A stretch of DNA of 29,334 bases, taken from the IMG/VR virus record IMGVR_UViG_3300020044_000238, positions 1 to 29,334 of that record. One strand, given 5' to 3'. Numbering within the stretch: the stretch's first letter is position 1; each line of letters starts with the position of its first letter. The position numbers were made by a program, and so were the translations under genes. The stretch comes from a virus (Duplodnaviria > Caudoviricetes). Of the stretch, positions 1-8,568 are shown one piece after another. Below the pieces are notes generated by a model. That model worked only from the letters and a program-made list of their open reading frames with translations. It had not been told where the DNA came from and did not search any database.

Positions 1-102
1 CAAGATCAATACACGTCCTACATTGAGCAGCCAACCGTACGGCAAACGATCAATCCGAATGCCGAATCAGCGTTGCGACAACAAGAGCTTGCGTAGCTGT
101 AC

Positions 103-2067
103 ATGTCGCAAGCTGCAGCGGGTGCTGCTCAAGGGCTAGGCGGGCTAGGAATTGCCTCGGCGTTTAACCCGAGCGGTATTCCGTCGCTGCAGTACGCGCC
201 GACAGCGCCATTTGGCAATGTCATTTCGCCGTATGACATTACCAGGGAAGGTAGCGCCCAAGGCGTTAACGCGATTCAGGGCGCTGCGTTTACCCCGTCA
301 TCGGCGCTTTCGCAGCAGCAAGCATATGCAAACGTAAGCCCGACCGGGGCGCAAAGTGCGCCGTCATCCACAGCATTTGGCGTAGCTGGCGCAGGCCCTG
401 GTCCTGGTCAACTGTCGCAATTCCAATACAGCGGCCCGAGCGTTCAACAAGGGCCGAGCGCAGGCATGTATGGCCTGGCAGGCGCTGGCCCGCAGGGGTT
501 GAATCTGCAGGGTTTAGATCTGTCGGGCATCGGTGGACCGAGCCAGGCTTTGCAGCAAGGTCAATTTGGCCAGGCCGCGCAGTTTATTCCGCAAGAAGAA
601 CTGCAGCGACAGATTGACGTTTCCGGTTTGCCGCAAGCGCCGACCAATGCCGGCATGACGGCACAGCAGGCGATCTTGTCGCGATTGTCGCCACAGCTGC
701 AAGGCGAGCGGCAGCAGCTCTTTACGCAGCTTATCAACCAGGGTTTACGACCTGGTGGCGAAGCCTATAACGCGGCGATGGCTGCGCAAGCGCAAAAGGA
801 AAACGACCTGGTGCTGCAGGCGGCAGCGCAAGGCATCAGCATCGACCAGGCTGCGCGTCAACAAGCATTTAACGAACAGCAATCCCGCGCTATGTTTGCC
901 AACCAGGCGGCGCTGTCTGGCTTTGGCATGGGCATGGAACAGGCCGGTTTGTACAACACGGGCCTTGGCCAAAACGTACAAAACGCGCTGGCAATTCAAG
1001 GCGCGCAAAACCAAGCGCAGCAACAAGCATTCCAGCAACGGCTGCAGTCCGGTGAATTTGGCCAACAAGCGCAGCTTGCATCGTTTGGCACCCAGCAACA
1101 GGCGCAACAAGCGCAGAATCAAGCAATCGGGCAAAACTTTGAGCAAGCGTTGCAAGCTCAGCAAGCCCAAAACGCTGCCCAGGCGCAGGCATATCAACAA
1201 GCATTGGCCGGCCAGGGATTCAATCGAGAAGCGCTGCTGGCGCAATTTGACATGGGCCAACAGGCTCAACAGATGGCCAACCAGGCCATTGCACAAAATT
1301 ATGGTCAATCGTTGCAGCAAACCGAAGCGCAAAATGCGGCATTGCAGCAACAATTTGCGCAACAAATGGCGGCGCAAGAAGCCCGAAACCAAGCTGCTGC
1401 ACAAAACTATCAGCAACTGCTTGGTGGCACGGCCGCGGAAAACTTGGCGCGACAACAGATCTTCGATCAAACTATGGCGCAACAACAGTTGGCCAACCAG
1501 GCTGTTGCTCAGCGACAACAGGCGCTAATGGATTATTTTGGCGCTCAGAACGCGGCGCAACAGCAGGCATATCAGCAATCGATGGCTCAAGCGGCGTTTC
1601 GCAACACGGCAGCGCAGCAAGCGTTGGCGCAACAAGCGGCCATTCGCAGCATTCCGGTTAACGAAATCAGCGCGCTGCTTTCGGGCGGCCAGGTCAACAT
1701 TCCGCAATTTCAGGGTTACAGCGGCGTTTCTGTTGCTCCAGCTCCGATTTTCCAGGGCGGCCAGGCACAAGATACCGCAGCGATGCAACGGTATGGCATT
1801 GCGGCAAACCAGGCAGCCAGCAACGCGTCGGGGTTGTTCGGATTGGCAGGCCAAATCGGCAGCGCTGCATTGCTTGCATCCGATCGGCGCCTCAAATCCA
1901 ACATTGTGCGCATTGGAACGCACCCGCTTGGCGTTGGCATCTACGAATACGACATATTCGGCCAACGTCAGCGCGGCGTAATGGCGCAAGAGCTTGAGAA
2001 AGTGCTGCCCGAGGCGGTGGTTGAACACCCGGCCGGCTTCAAGATGGTCAATTACGCCTTACTCTGA
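103..2067 (+). CDS. Gln/Ala-rich virion (ejection/pilot-type) protein with C-terminal peptidase S74 intramolecular chaperone domain; probably 5'-truncated
   Basis: C-terminal ASDRRLKSNIVRIG...GVMAQELEKVLPEAV...MVNY matches the S74 pattern. The same frame is open from base 1 except a single TAG at 94-96, and there is no SD before ATG 103. Confidence 0.8.
   Translation: MSQAAAGAAQGLGGLGIASAFNPSGIPSLQYAPTAPFGNVISPYDITREGSAQGVNAIQGAAFTPSSALSQQQAYANVSPTGAQSAPSSTAFGVAGAGPGPGQLSQFQYSGPSVQQGPSAGMYGLAGAGPQGLNLQGLDLSGIGGPSQALQQGQFGQAAQFIPQEELQRQIDVSGLPQAPTNAGMTAQQAILSRLSPQLQGERQQLFTQLINQGLRPGGEAYNAAMAAQAQKENDLVLQAAAQGISIDQAARQQAFNEQQSRAMFANQAALSGFGMGMEQAGLYNTGLGQNVQNALAIQGAQNQAQQQAFQQRLQSGEFGQQAQLASFGTQQQAQQAQNQAIGQNFEQALQAQQAQNAAQAQAYQQALAGQGFNREALLAQFDMGQQAQQMANQAIAQNYGQSLQQTEAQNAALQQQFAQQMAAQEARNQAAAQNYQQLLGGTAAENLARQQIFDQTMAQQQLANQAVAQRQQALMDYFGAQNAAQQQAYQQSMAQAAFRNTAAQQALAQQAAIRSIPVNEISALLSGGQVNIPQFQGYSGVSVAPAPIFQGGQAQDTAAMQRYGIAANQAASNASGLFGLAGQIGSAALLASDRRLKSNIVRIGTHPLGVGIYEYDIFGQRQRGVMAQELEKVLPEAVVEHPAGFKMVNYALL
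841..1650 (+). repeat. 15 tandem 18-residue (54-nt) degenerate protein repeats
   Basis: Units such as AQNQAIGQNFEQALQAQQ / AQNAAQAQAYQQALAGQG / MANQAIAQNYGQSLQQTE / AQNAALQQQFAQQMAAQE. Unit 1 starts at 841 and unit 15 at 1597 (=841+14x54). Confidence 0.8.
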
Positions 2068-2077
2068 GGATACAAAA

Positions 2078-2524
2078 ATGGATGGATTTACCCCCGATCG
2101 AAAGCCTCAGCAAATGGCGCGCATGCTTGCGGCCCAGGAGCGCAATTTGTCGCTCAACAGCCCAGGCAACAACATGCAAAACGTGCCGCAACCAAATTTG
2201 ATGTATTCGGGCGCGACGCCAAATGTGAATCCTGGCATTCCGCCGCAAGCAATGAACTTTAACGGCCCGATGCAGGCTCGCCAGGGTGGCATGCCGATGG
2301 GCTACGGTTCGCCGCTTAGCGGAATGGGCATGCGCGGATTTGGACCGCCGCAGGGTGGCATGCCGCAAGGGCCGCGGCCGCCTATGCCGCGCGCTGAAAT
2401 GGCGCCGCAGATCGGTGGCATGATGCAACCTCGAGGGCCTGGCGCTCGCGGATACCCGTCGAGCCCTGGCATGACAACGCCGCAGGGCGGTGCTTACCGG
2501 GGAGATTTTGAGAATGCCGGTTAA
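2078..2524 (+). CDS. Pro/Met/Gly/Gln-rich low-complexity hypothetical protein (148 aa)
   Basis: ATG 2078 preceded by GAGGA at 2066-2070; fills the gap between two virion genes. Confidence 0.7.
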   Translation: MDGFTPDRKPQQMARMLAAQERNLSLNSPGNNMQNVPQPNLMYSGATPNVNPGIPPQAMNFNGPMQARQGGMPMGYGSPLSGMGMRGFGPPQGGMPQGPRPPMPRAEMAPQIGGMMQPRGPGARGYPSSPGMTTPQGGAYRGDFENAG

Positions 2525-3815
2525 AAAGACATACACCTCGCTTTACGAAGATGAGCGCGCCAAAGCAGAACGGCAGCGCCGTCTAGCCGAGATCATGCAA
2601 TCCCAGGCGTTTGCGCCCGAGGGCGAAACGTCAACGTACCAGGGCTTTCGTGCCATGCCCTCAGCGGCTACGGCTCTGTCGAAAGTGCTGGCTGCGTACA
2701 CGTCGAAGAAGCTGGGCGAAAAAGCCGATACGGCAGAAGCTGCAGCGCGCCAGGCAGATCTGCAAGCATTCCAGCAGCTGCGCTCAGAGCTTGGCCCGCA
2801 AACCCGATCGATCACGGGCGAAGCGCTGCCAAGCCAAGATTTTGCAGGCATTGCCAGCGCATTGCAGCCGGCAGACATGTCGCAGCAGGGCCAGGTCGAA
2901 ACCGTAATGCCCTTGCCGCAGCAACGCACGGATCGGTTGATGCAGGCCGCGGTATCGTCGGGATCGCCGACCGCAGCCCGATACGCGCAGCTGATGCTTT
3001 CTCGAGAGCCGGTTGTTGGCGTTGAAGCGCTGATGGAAGCGTCACCGGAAAGCGCCGCAGAATTCAAGCGCACCGGCGATTGGACCACGTTGCGCAAGCC
3101 GATGAAGGCACAAGAATTGCCAAGCGATGCGCAAACGTACGAGTACTACGCAAATCAAGAAATCGCCTCGGGCAGGACACCGAAATCGTTTGATAACTGG
3201 TATACCGGGTTGAAGCGAGCCGGCGCCTCGAGCGTGGATGTTCGTTATGGCGCTCCGATGGCGGGCACAGATCCGACAACGGGCGAGGATGTGTTTTTTC
3301 GAGCACCGGCAAAAGGCGATGGCGCACCGCAAATTATGCAGGGCATCAAGCCAAAACCAGAAACACCGAAAGAATCCGAAGCCAATTCCGCAGGATTTGC
3401 CGATCGCGCTGCCAATGCGGCTACGTTGCTGGAAACGCTCAAGGCGCCATCGTTGTTGTCGCGCGGCAAAAGAGGTGTCCCAGGCGTTGGGCAGGCCCTG
3501 GTATCGCCCGAGGATCGTCGGTTCTCGCAAGCCGAGGACGATTTCATTACGGCCGTGCTGCGTAAAGAATCCGGCGCGACCTTTGGCGAAGGCGAATTTG
3601 AGCGGGAACGAAACAAATACATTCCCGGCCCGTTTGATGACGAAGCGCTGCGCGAACAGAAGCGCCGCTCACGCGAGGCGGCAATCCAAGCTTTGGCGCG
3701 CGGTGCTGACAGAAGGTACAAAATGCCGCCCATACTTCCGCCGGCCGGCTCTGGAATTACCATGCCTGAATGGTTAGAAATGACCATTGACGAGCGCAGG
3801 AAGTTTTCCAAATGA
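2514..3815 (+). CDS. Probable internal virion/DNA ejection protein (433 aa)
   Basis: ATG 2514 with GGAG at 2501-2504. Helical, charged protein; C-terminal FITAVLRKESGA...ERNKYIP segment resembles podovirus ejection-type proteins; position in cluster. Confidence 0.65.
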   Translation: MPVKKTYTSLYEDERAKAERQRRLAEIMQSQAFAPEGETSTYQGFRAMPSAATALSKVLAAYTSKKLGEKADTAEAAARQADLQAFQQLRSELGPQTRSITGEALPSQDFAGIASALQPADMSQQGQVETVMPLPQQRTDRLMQAAVSSGSPTAARYAQLMLSREPVVGVEALMEASPESAAEFKRTGDWTTLRKPMKAQELPSDAQTYEYYANQEIASGRTPKSFDNWYTGLKRAGASSVDVRYGAPMAGTDPTTGEDVFFRAPAKGDGAPQIMQGIKPKPETPKESEANSAGFADRAANAATLLETLKAPSLLSRGKRGVPGVGQALVSPEDRRFSQAEDDFITAVLRKESGATFGEGEFERERNKYIPGPFDDEALREQKRRSREAAIQALARGADRRYKMPPILPPAGSGITMPEWLEMTIDERRKFSK

Positions 3816-5779
3816 ATGATGAGCAGCAAAAAGCGTTAGAAGCCGCACGTGCTCGCCTGGCCAAAAAGGGCGAGGGCACGACGGGTCGCGAAAAACTGCT
3901 TGGTGGCATTCAACGGCGCAAGGATGAGCGCTTGGTTAACGCCAACGCAGCGATGGAACGCATGCAAGCGCAATCCACCGATCCGGCTGCGTTTATGCAA
4001 GGGCGGCAAATGTCGCCGTTTGCCCAGGGCTCGCTTGCTGCCGCCCAGGGCGCAACCTTTAACTTTGCAGACGAGCTCGCAGGGCTTGCAAACCCGCGAT
4101 ATCGCGAAATGGTCCGCGGCGCAACGGAACAATTCGGCCAGGACTATCCGGCCGGCGCTCCAATGGCCGAGCTTGGCGGCGGTTTGGCAACTACGCCAAT
4201 TACCGGCCCGTTGTCGATTGGTCGCGGTGTCTCAACGGCTGGCAGGACATTAAAGGCTGGCATCGATTACGCGCTCCAGGGAGCCCTGAGCGGCGCTGGA
4301 TCGGCCAAGGAAGGGCAGAGGGAGCAGGGGGCTCTGCAGGGCGGCATGACGGGCGCTTTAATGGGCGGCGCCGGCACCCTAGGAGCGGACATTTTCCGAC
4401 GCACGATCGGGCAGCCGATTCTTTCCAGGTTGCCGCAGGGCATCATGGGCATGGTTCCCGAGAGCGCAGCCGGCTACAACGTGCGGCCGGATTACGCCAG
4501 GGAGCGCTTGGCTCGGCTGCTCGAGCAGGATGCACAATCTCGATTGGGCGCTGCCACAGCACCAGGACAGGGCGCCGATGTTGCCGCTGCCCGGCTGCGA
4601 AAAATTGGCGACGAAGCGCCCATTGCGGCAGCAGGCGAAAACACGCTGGCAGAAATCGACGTGCTTTCACAGATGCCAGGCACGGCAGCCAAGCGGCTTA
4701 ACATGCAAGGGCGCCGTATTGCCGCGCAACGCGGGCCTGCTATTGCCGGCGCAGCACAAACCATTACGGGCGTTACCAGATCTGCCGACGATGAGCTGAT
4801 CGATCTGGCAAAACTGCAGGCTGAGAATGCCGGGCCGCTGTATCAAAAACTGCAGGCGGTGCGATTCCCGATAGACGCGGATCTGCAAAAAATCTTGGGT
4901 CGCGCCAAGCTTGATTTGGCCGGCGCGCAGCGCAGCGCAACGCGCCGCGGCGAACAGGCAACCCCGTTGCGTGATTTGGCGCAAGGCGACGAATTGCCGT
5001 TTGCTTCAGCGGATCAGCTCAAGCGAACGCTGTACGACAAAGCGGTTGCTGCACGAAAAGCGGGCAGAACAAACGAAGCCGCGGATCTGGACCAATTACG
5101 CATTGACTTGGTAAAGAAGCTCGATTCGTTGTCACCGGATTACGCAACGGCCCGCAATACCTTTGCCGGCATGGCAGAGCTGCAGGATGCGGTTAAAAAG
5201 GGCCAGGGTGCATTCTCTGAATCGGCTGAATCGCTGAGCAAATTGACGCGCGACATGACGCAATCGGAGCTCGATGCGTTTTGCGTAGGCGCTATCGATT
5301 CGCTGCGCAACACGGCCGGCACTCAAAGCGGGCAGACTCGCTTGCTTAACATGTACAAAGAGCCCGAGCTGCAAGCAAAGATTCGCACCATTTTTGGCAA
5401 CGATTTCCGCAAGTTTCAAAGCGCAATCTTGGGCCAAGAGCAGCTCAAGGCTGTAGAACGCGCTGGAAAGGGATCGCAAACGTTTGGGCGCGAAGCTCGA
5501 GCGGCAGATCAGAGAGATCAATTCGAGATGCTGCAGGCGGCGCAATCGGCGACCACAAACCCGGTTGGCGCGCTTGGTACGATACAGCAAACAATCGCTG
5601 GGTATGGGATGCCCGAGGAGCAGCGCAACCGCCTGGCGCGCCTCTTGTTATTGCGTGGAAATGCGGCACAAGCTGAGCTGACGAACATGGAAGAATACAT
5701 GCGCCGTCGAGCAGCTGGCCAAGCATTAGGTCGCCAGGCTGCAGGGCGTTTTGGAGCCTTTGGCGCCAGCCAGGAATAA
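3812..5779 (+). CDS. Probable large DNA ejection/transfer protein (655 aa)
   Basis: ATGA-coupled. AAQGATFNFADELAG motif and Ala/Gly-rich hydrophobic segments followed by a helical body; last of the cluster before the fibre. Confidence 0.7.
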   Translation: MNDEQQKALEAARARLAKKGEGTTGREKLLGGIQRRKDERLVNANAAMERMQAQSTDPAAFMQGRQMSPFAQGSLAAAQGATFNFADELAGLANPRYREMVRGATEQFGQDYPAGAPMAELGGGLATTPITGPLSIGRGVSTAGRTLKAGIDYALQGALSGAGSAKEGQREQGALQGGMTGALMGGAGTLGADIFRRTIGQPILSRLPQGIMGMVPESAAGYNVRPDYARERLARLLEQDAQSRLGAATAPGQGADVAAARLRKIGDEAPIAAAGENTLAEIDVLSQMPGTAAKRLNMQGRRIAAQRGPAIAGAAQTITGVTRSADDELIDLAKLQAENAGPLYQKLQAVRFPIDADLQKILGRAKLDLAGAQRSATRRGEQATPLRDLAQGDELPFASADQLKRTLYDKAVAARKAGRTNEAADLDQLRIDLVKKLDSLSPDYATARNTFAGMAELQDAVKKGQGAFSESAESLSKLTRDMTQSELDAFCVGAIDSLRNTAGTQSGQTRLLNMYKEPELQAKIRTIFGNDFRKFQSAILGQEQLKAVERAGKGSQTFGREARAADQRDQFEMLQAAQSATTNPVGALGTIQQTIAGYGMPEEQRNRLARLLLLRGNAAQAELTNMEEYMRRRAAGQALGRQAAGRFGAFGASQE

Positions 5780-5791
5780 GAGGAACTCAGC

Positions 5792-7681
5792 ATGAGCTTT
5801 AACGGTAGCGGCACATTTGTCATTAACTCGGCTGGCCAGCCGGTGGTGGCCAATACAATTATTTCGGCGACCGTATTTAACGCATTGACAGCCGATCTGG
5901 CGACTGGCCTATCGACGTGTATTACGAAAGATGGCCAGACAACGCCTACGGCCAACATCCCGATGGGCAACAACAAAATCACCGGGCTGGCGGTGGGTAC
6001 GTTGGCAACCGATGCGGCAAACCTAAGCCAGGTGCAATCTACCGCCAGCAAGCTCATTTCGGTAAGCGGTGTCGATACCATTACGGGCACGTTATCGCCC
6101 GTATTGACGGCTTATCAGGCTGGCCAAATGTTTTATTGGGTGGCTGCCGGCGCAAACACCGGCGCCGTCACGCTTAACATCAACAGCCTAGGCGCCAAAG
6201 CCGTTACTCGAGATGGCAGCACCGCGTTAATTGCCGACGATATTCAATCCGGCGAAATCGTCATGGTGGTGTACGACGGTACGCGTTTCCAGATGATTAA
6301 CGCCGCTAATTCGTTTGGCAACACAACGATTAACGGCACGTTGACGGTTACCGGCAAAAGCAACCTGGCGGAAGTTTCGACGCCAAGCATCAATGCGACG
6401 GTTGCGGCCATCACAACGCTCACAGCGACCAGCGCCTCAATTACCTCGGCCAACGCGGGTTATGCGCGCGTCACAGATCTGCATGCGACAAGCGCCTCGG
6501 TAGCCTCGATCAATGCCGCGGTCGCGCTATTGACAACGGCAACGGTGACCAGCCTTACGGCAACTGGCGCTTCGATCGCATCGGCGAACATCGGCTCGCT
6601 GAACCTGACCGGCGTATCGGTCGCATCGGCCAATTTCGGCGTAGCAAACGTCACAGATTTACGCGCTGCCGACGCTTCGGTCACGTCGGCCAACCTGGGC
6701 AACGCGGTCATTACGACAATGACGGCAACCGGGGCTTCGGTTGCTTCGGCAAACCTCGGCACAGCCGTTATCAGCTCGCTGACCGCAACCGGGGCATCTG
6801 TGGCGTCTGCCAACGTGGGAACCGCCCAGGTGACGCGTCTGGACGTTACAGGCGCATCGGCTGCATCGATCAACGCCGGGGTTGCTCTGGTAACCACCGG
6901 CACGGTTACAAACCTCACGTCTACCAATGCGTCGATTGCCTCGGCCAACCTGGGCACGGCAAACATCACGGCGCTGACGCTGACCGGGGTATCTGTTGCG
7001 TCGGCCAATGTGGGAATCGCAAACGTCACCGATCTGCGCGCAGCTGGCGCCTCGGTAACCTCGGCCAACGTCGGAACGGCCGTTATTACGACCATGACCG
7101 CCACAGGGGCGTCGATCGCCTCGGCGAACATGGGACGCCTGGACGTAACCAACGCTTCGGCGGCATCGATTAACGGTGCGGTGGCGCTGTTTACAACGGG
7201 CACGGTAACCAACTTAACCAGCACCAACGCGAGCATTGCGTCGGCCAACATTGGCAACGCGCAAATCACGGGTGGCAGCATTGCATCGGCTAACGTCGGC
7301 AATGCCGTCATCACAACGCTCACCGCAACCGGCGCAAGTGTGGCTTCGGCTAATGTCGGAACCCTGGCCGTTAACACGATCGCCAGCGCTTCGATTGGAT
7401 CGGCCAATATCGGCACCGCGGTAATTTCAACGCTGACCGCAACCAATGCCTCGATCGCGTCGGCAAACGCAGGGACGCTGCGCTTTATTGGCGCATCGTC
7501 TGGGTACGTTGGGTTTATTGCACAAACGTCGGCAGGATCGGCAACATATACTTGGCCGAATGCAGACGGTATTGCGGGCTATGTTTTGAGGACGGACGGT
7601 GCAGGCAGTTTGTCATGGGTCGCCCAATCTGGCGGCGGTGGCGGGGGCGGCAGCAACGCCTTTGCTTGGTTTATTTCTTGA
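5792..7681 (+). CDS. Tail fibre-like protein with long pentapeptide-periodic shaft
   Basis: SD GAGGA. N-terminus MSFNGSGTFVINS...GLSTCITKDGQTTPTANIPMG resembles phage fibre attachment domains; repeat shaft; C-terminal YTWPNADG...VLRTDGAGSLSW fibre motif. Confidence 0.8.
   Translation: MSFNGSGTFVINSAGQPVVANTIISATVFNALTADLATGLSTCITKDGQTTPTANIPMGNNKITGLAVGTLATDAANLSQVQSTASKLISVSGVDTITGTLSPVLTAYQAGQMFYWVAAGANTGAVTLNINSLGAKAVTRDGSTALIADDIQSGEIVMVVYDGTRFQMINAANSFGNTTINGTLTVTGKSNLAEVSTPSINATVAAITTLTATSASITSANAGYARVTDLHATSASVASINAAVALLTTATVTSLTATGASIASANIGSLNLTGVSVASANFGVANVTDLRAADASVTSANLGNAVITTMTATGASVASANLGTAVISSLTATGASVASANVGTAQVTRLDVTGASAASINAGVALVTTGTVTNLTSTNASIASANLGTANITALTLTGVSVASANVGIANVTDLRAAGASVTSANVGTAVITTMTATGASIASANMGRLDVTNASAASINGAVALFTTGTVTNLTSTNASIASANIGNAQITGGSIASANVGNAVITTLTATGASVASANVGTLAVNTIASASIGSANIGTAVISTLTATNASIASANAGTLRFIGASSGYVGFIAQTSAGSATYTWPNADGIAGYVLRTDGAGSLSWVAQSGGGGGGGSNAFAWFIS
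6431..7480 (+). repeat. About 18 xAS(I/V)ASAN repeat units of 15/20/25 aa (5-residue period)
   Basis: e.g. GASVA SANLG TAVIS SLTAT; all complete unit lengths are multiples of 5 except one of 18. Confidence 0.85.
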
Positions 7682-7689
7682 GGTGACAC

Positions 7690-8565
7690 ATGGGAATTTT
7701 AGTACTTGATGCAACCACAAAATCCGTTGTTGTCGCCATGTCGGGCGCAGCAGCGACCACCAATCCTGATTTCACGGCGGCATACGCTGATGACACCGGA
7801 TCGGCGTTTACCGAGGGCGCAAACGACGGTGCATTAAACGGCACCAGCAGCGTTACCTTGGTTGCCGCTCCCGCAGCCTCAACGCGGCGTGTTGTCAAAA
7901 ACATCACCATCGAGAACAAGGATACGGCAGCGGTTACGCTGACGATTTCCTACAACAACAGCTCGACGCTTCGGACGATTGCCAAGGTAACGCTCAACGT
8001 GGGCGATACCTGGACGACGGACGGTACGTTCGACACCAATGGATCGCTGAAGCGAACGCTTGGCACGATCAATTTGTCCTCTGGTGTCACCGGCACATTA
8101 GCGGTTGCAAACGGCGGCACGGGCGTCACCAGTAGCACGGGTTCGGGCAGCGTTGTGCTGTCCACCAGCCCGTCGCTTACGACTCCTGTATTGGGTACGC
8201 CGACTTCGGGAAATTTGTCCAACTGTACGGCTGACGGAACGAACAGCGTTGGCTATCGCAATATTCCGCAGTCGGGCAGCGATAAAACAACTTCGTATTC
8301 GCTCGCCACTACGGATGTGGGCAAATTTGTCGGCATTGGCGCAAGCGGCAGCATCACCGTGCCAAACAGCACGTTTGCAGCTGGTGATGTGGTGTCAATC
8401 TTCAACAACACATCGAGCAGCGCAACGCTGACGATGAGCATTACGACGGCCTATATCGCCGGAACCAACACCGACAAAGACACGCTGACGCTAGCAACTC
8501 GCGGCGTGGCAACCATCTTGTTTATCAGCGGCACCGTTTGTGTGGTTAGCGGAAACGTGAGTTAA
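7690..8565 (+). CDS. Tail fibre-associated structural protein (Thr/Ser-rich)
   Basis: SD GAGGTG; GTLAVANGGTG and SPSLTTPVLGTPTSGNLSNCT motifs typical of phage fibres; beta-rich C-terminal domain. Confidence 0.75.
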   Translation: MGILVLDATTKSVVVAMSGAAATTNPDFTAAYADDTGSAFTEGANDGALNGTSSVTLVAAPAASTRRVVKNITIENKDTAAVTLTISYNNSSTLRTIAKVTLNVGDTWTTDGTFDTNGSLKRTLGTINLSSGVTGTLAVANGGTGVTSSTGSGSVVLSTSPSLTTPVLGTPTSGNLSNCTADGTNSVGYRNIPQSGSDKTTSYSLATTDVGKFVGIGASGSITVPNSTFAAGDVVSIFNNTSSSATLTMSITTAYIAGTNTDKDTLTLATRGVATILFISGTVCVVSGNVS

Positions 8566-8568
8566 ACC

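Noticed and set aside
6431-7480. CRISPR array or ice-nucleation protein repeats
   Set aside because: Repeats are conserved at protein level only, with a 5-residue rather than 8/16-residue period and no spacers.
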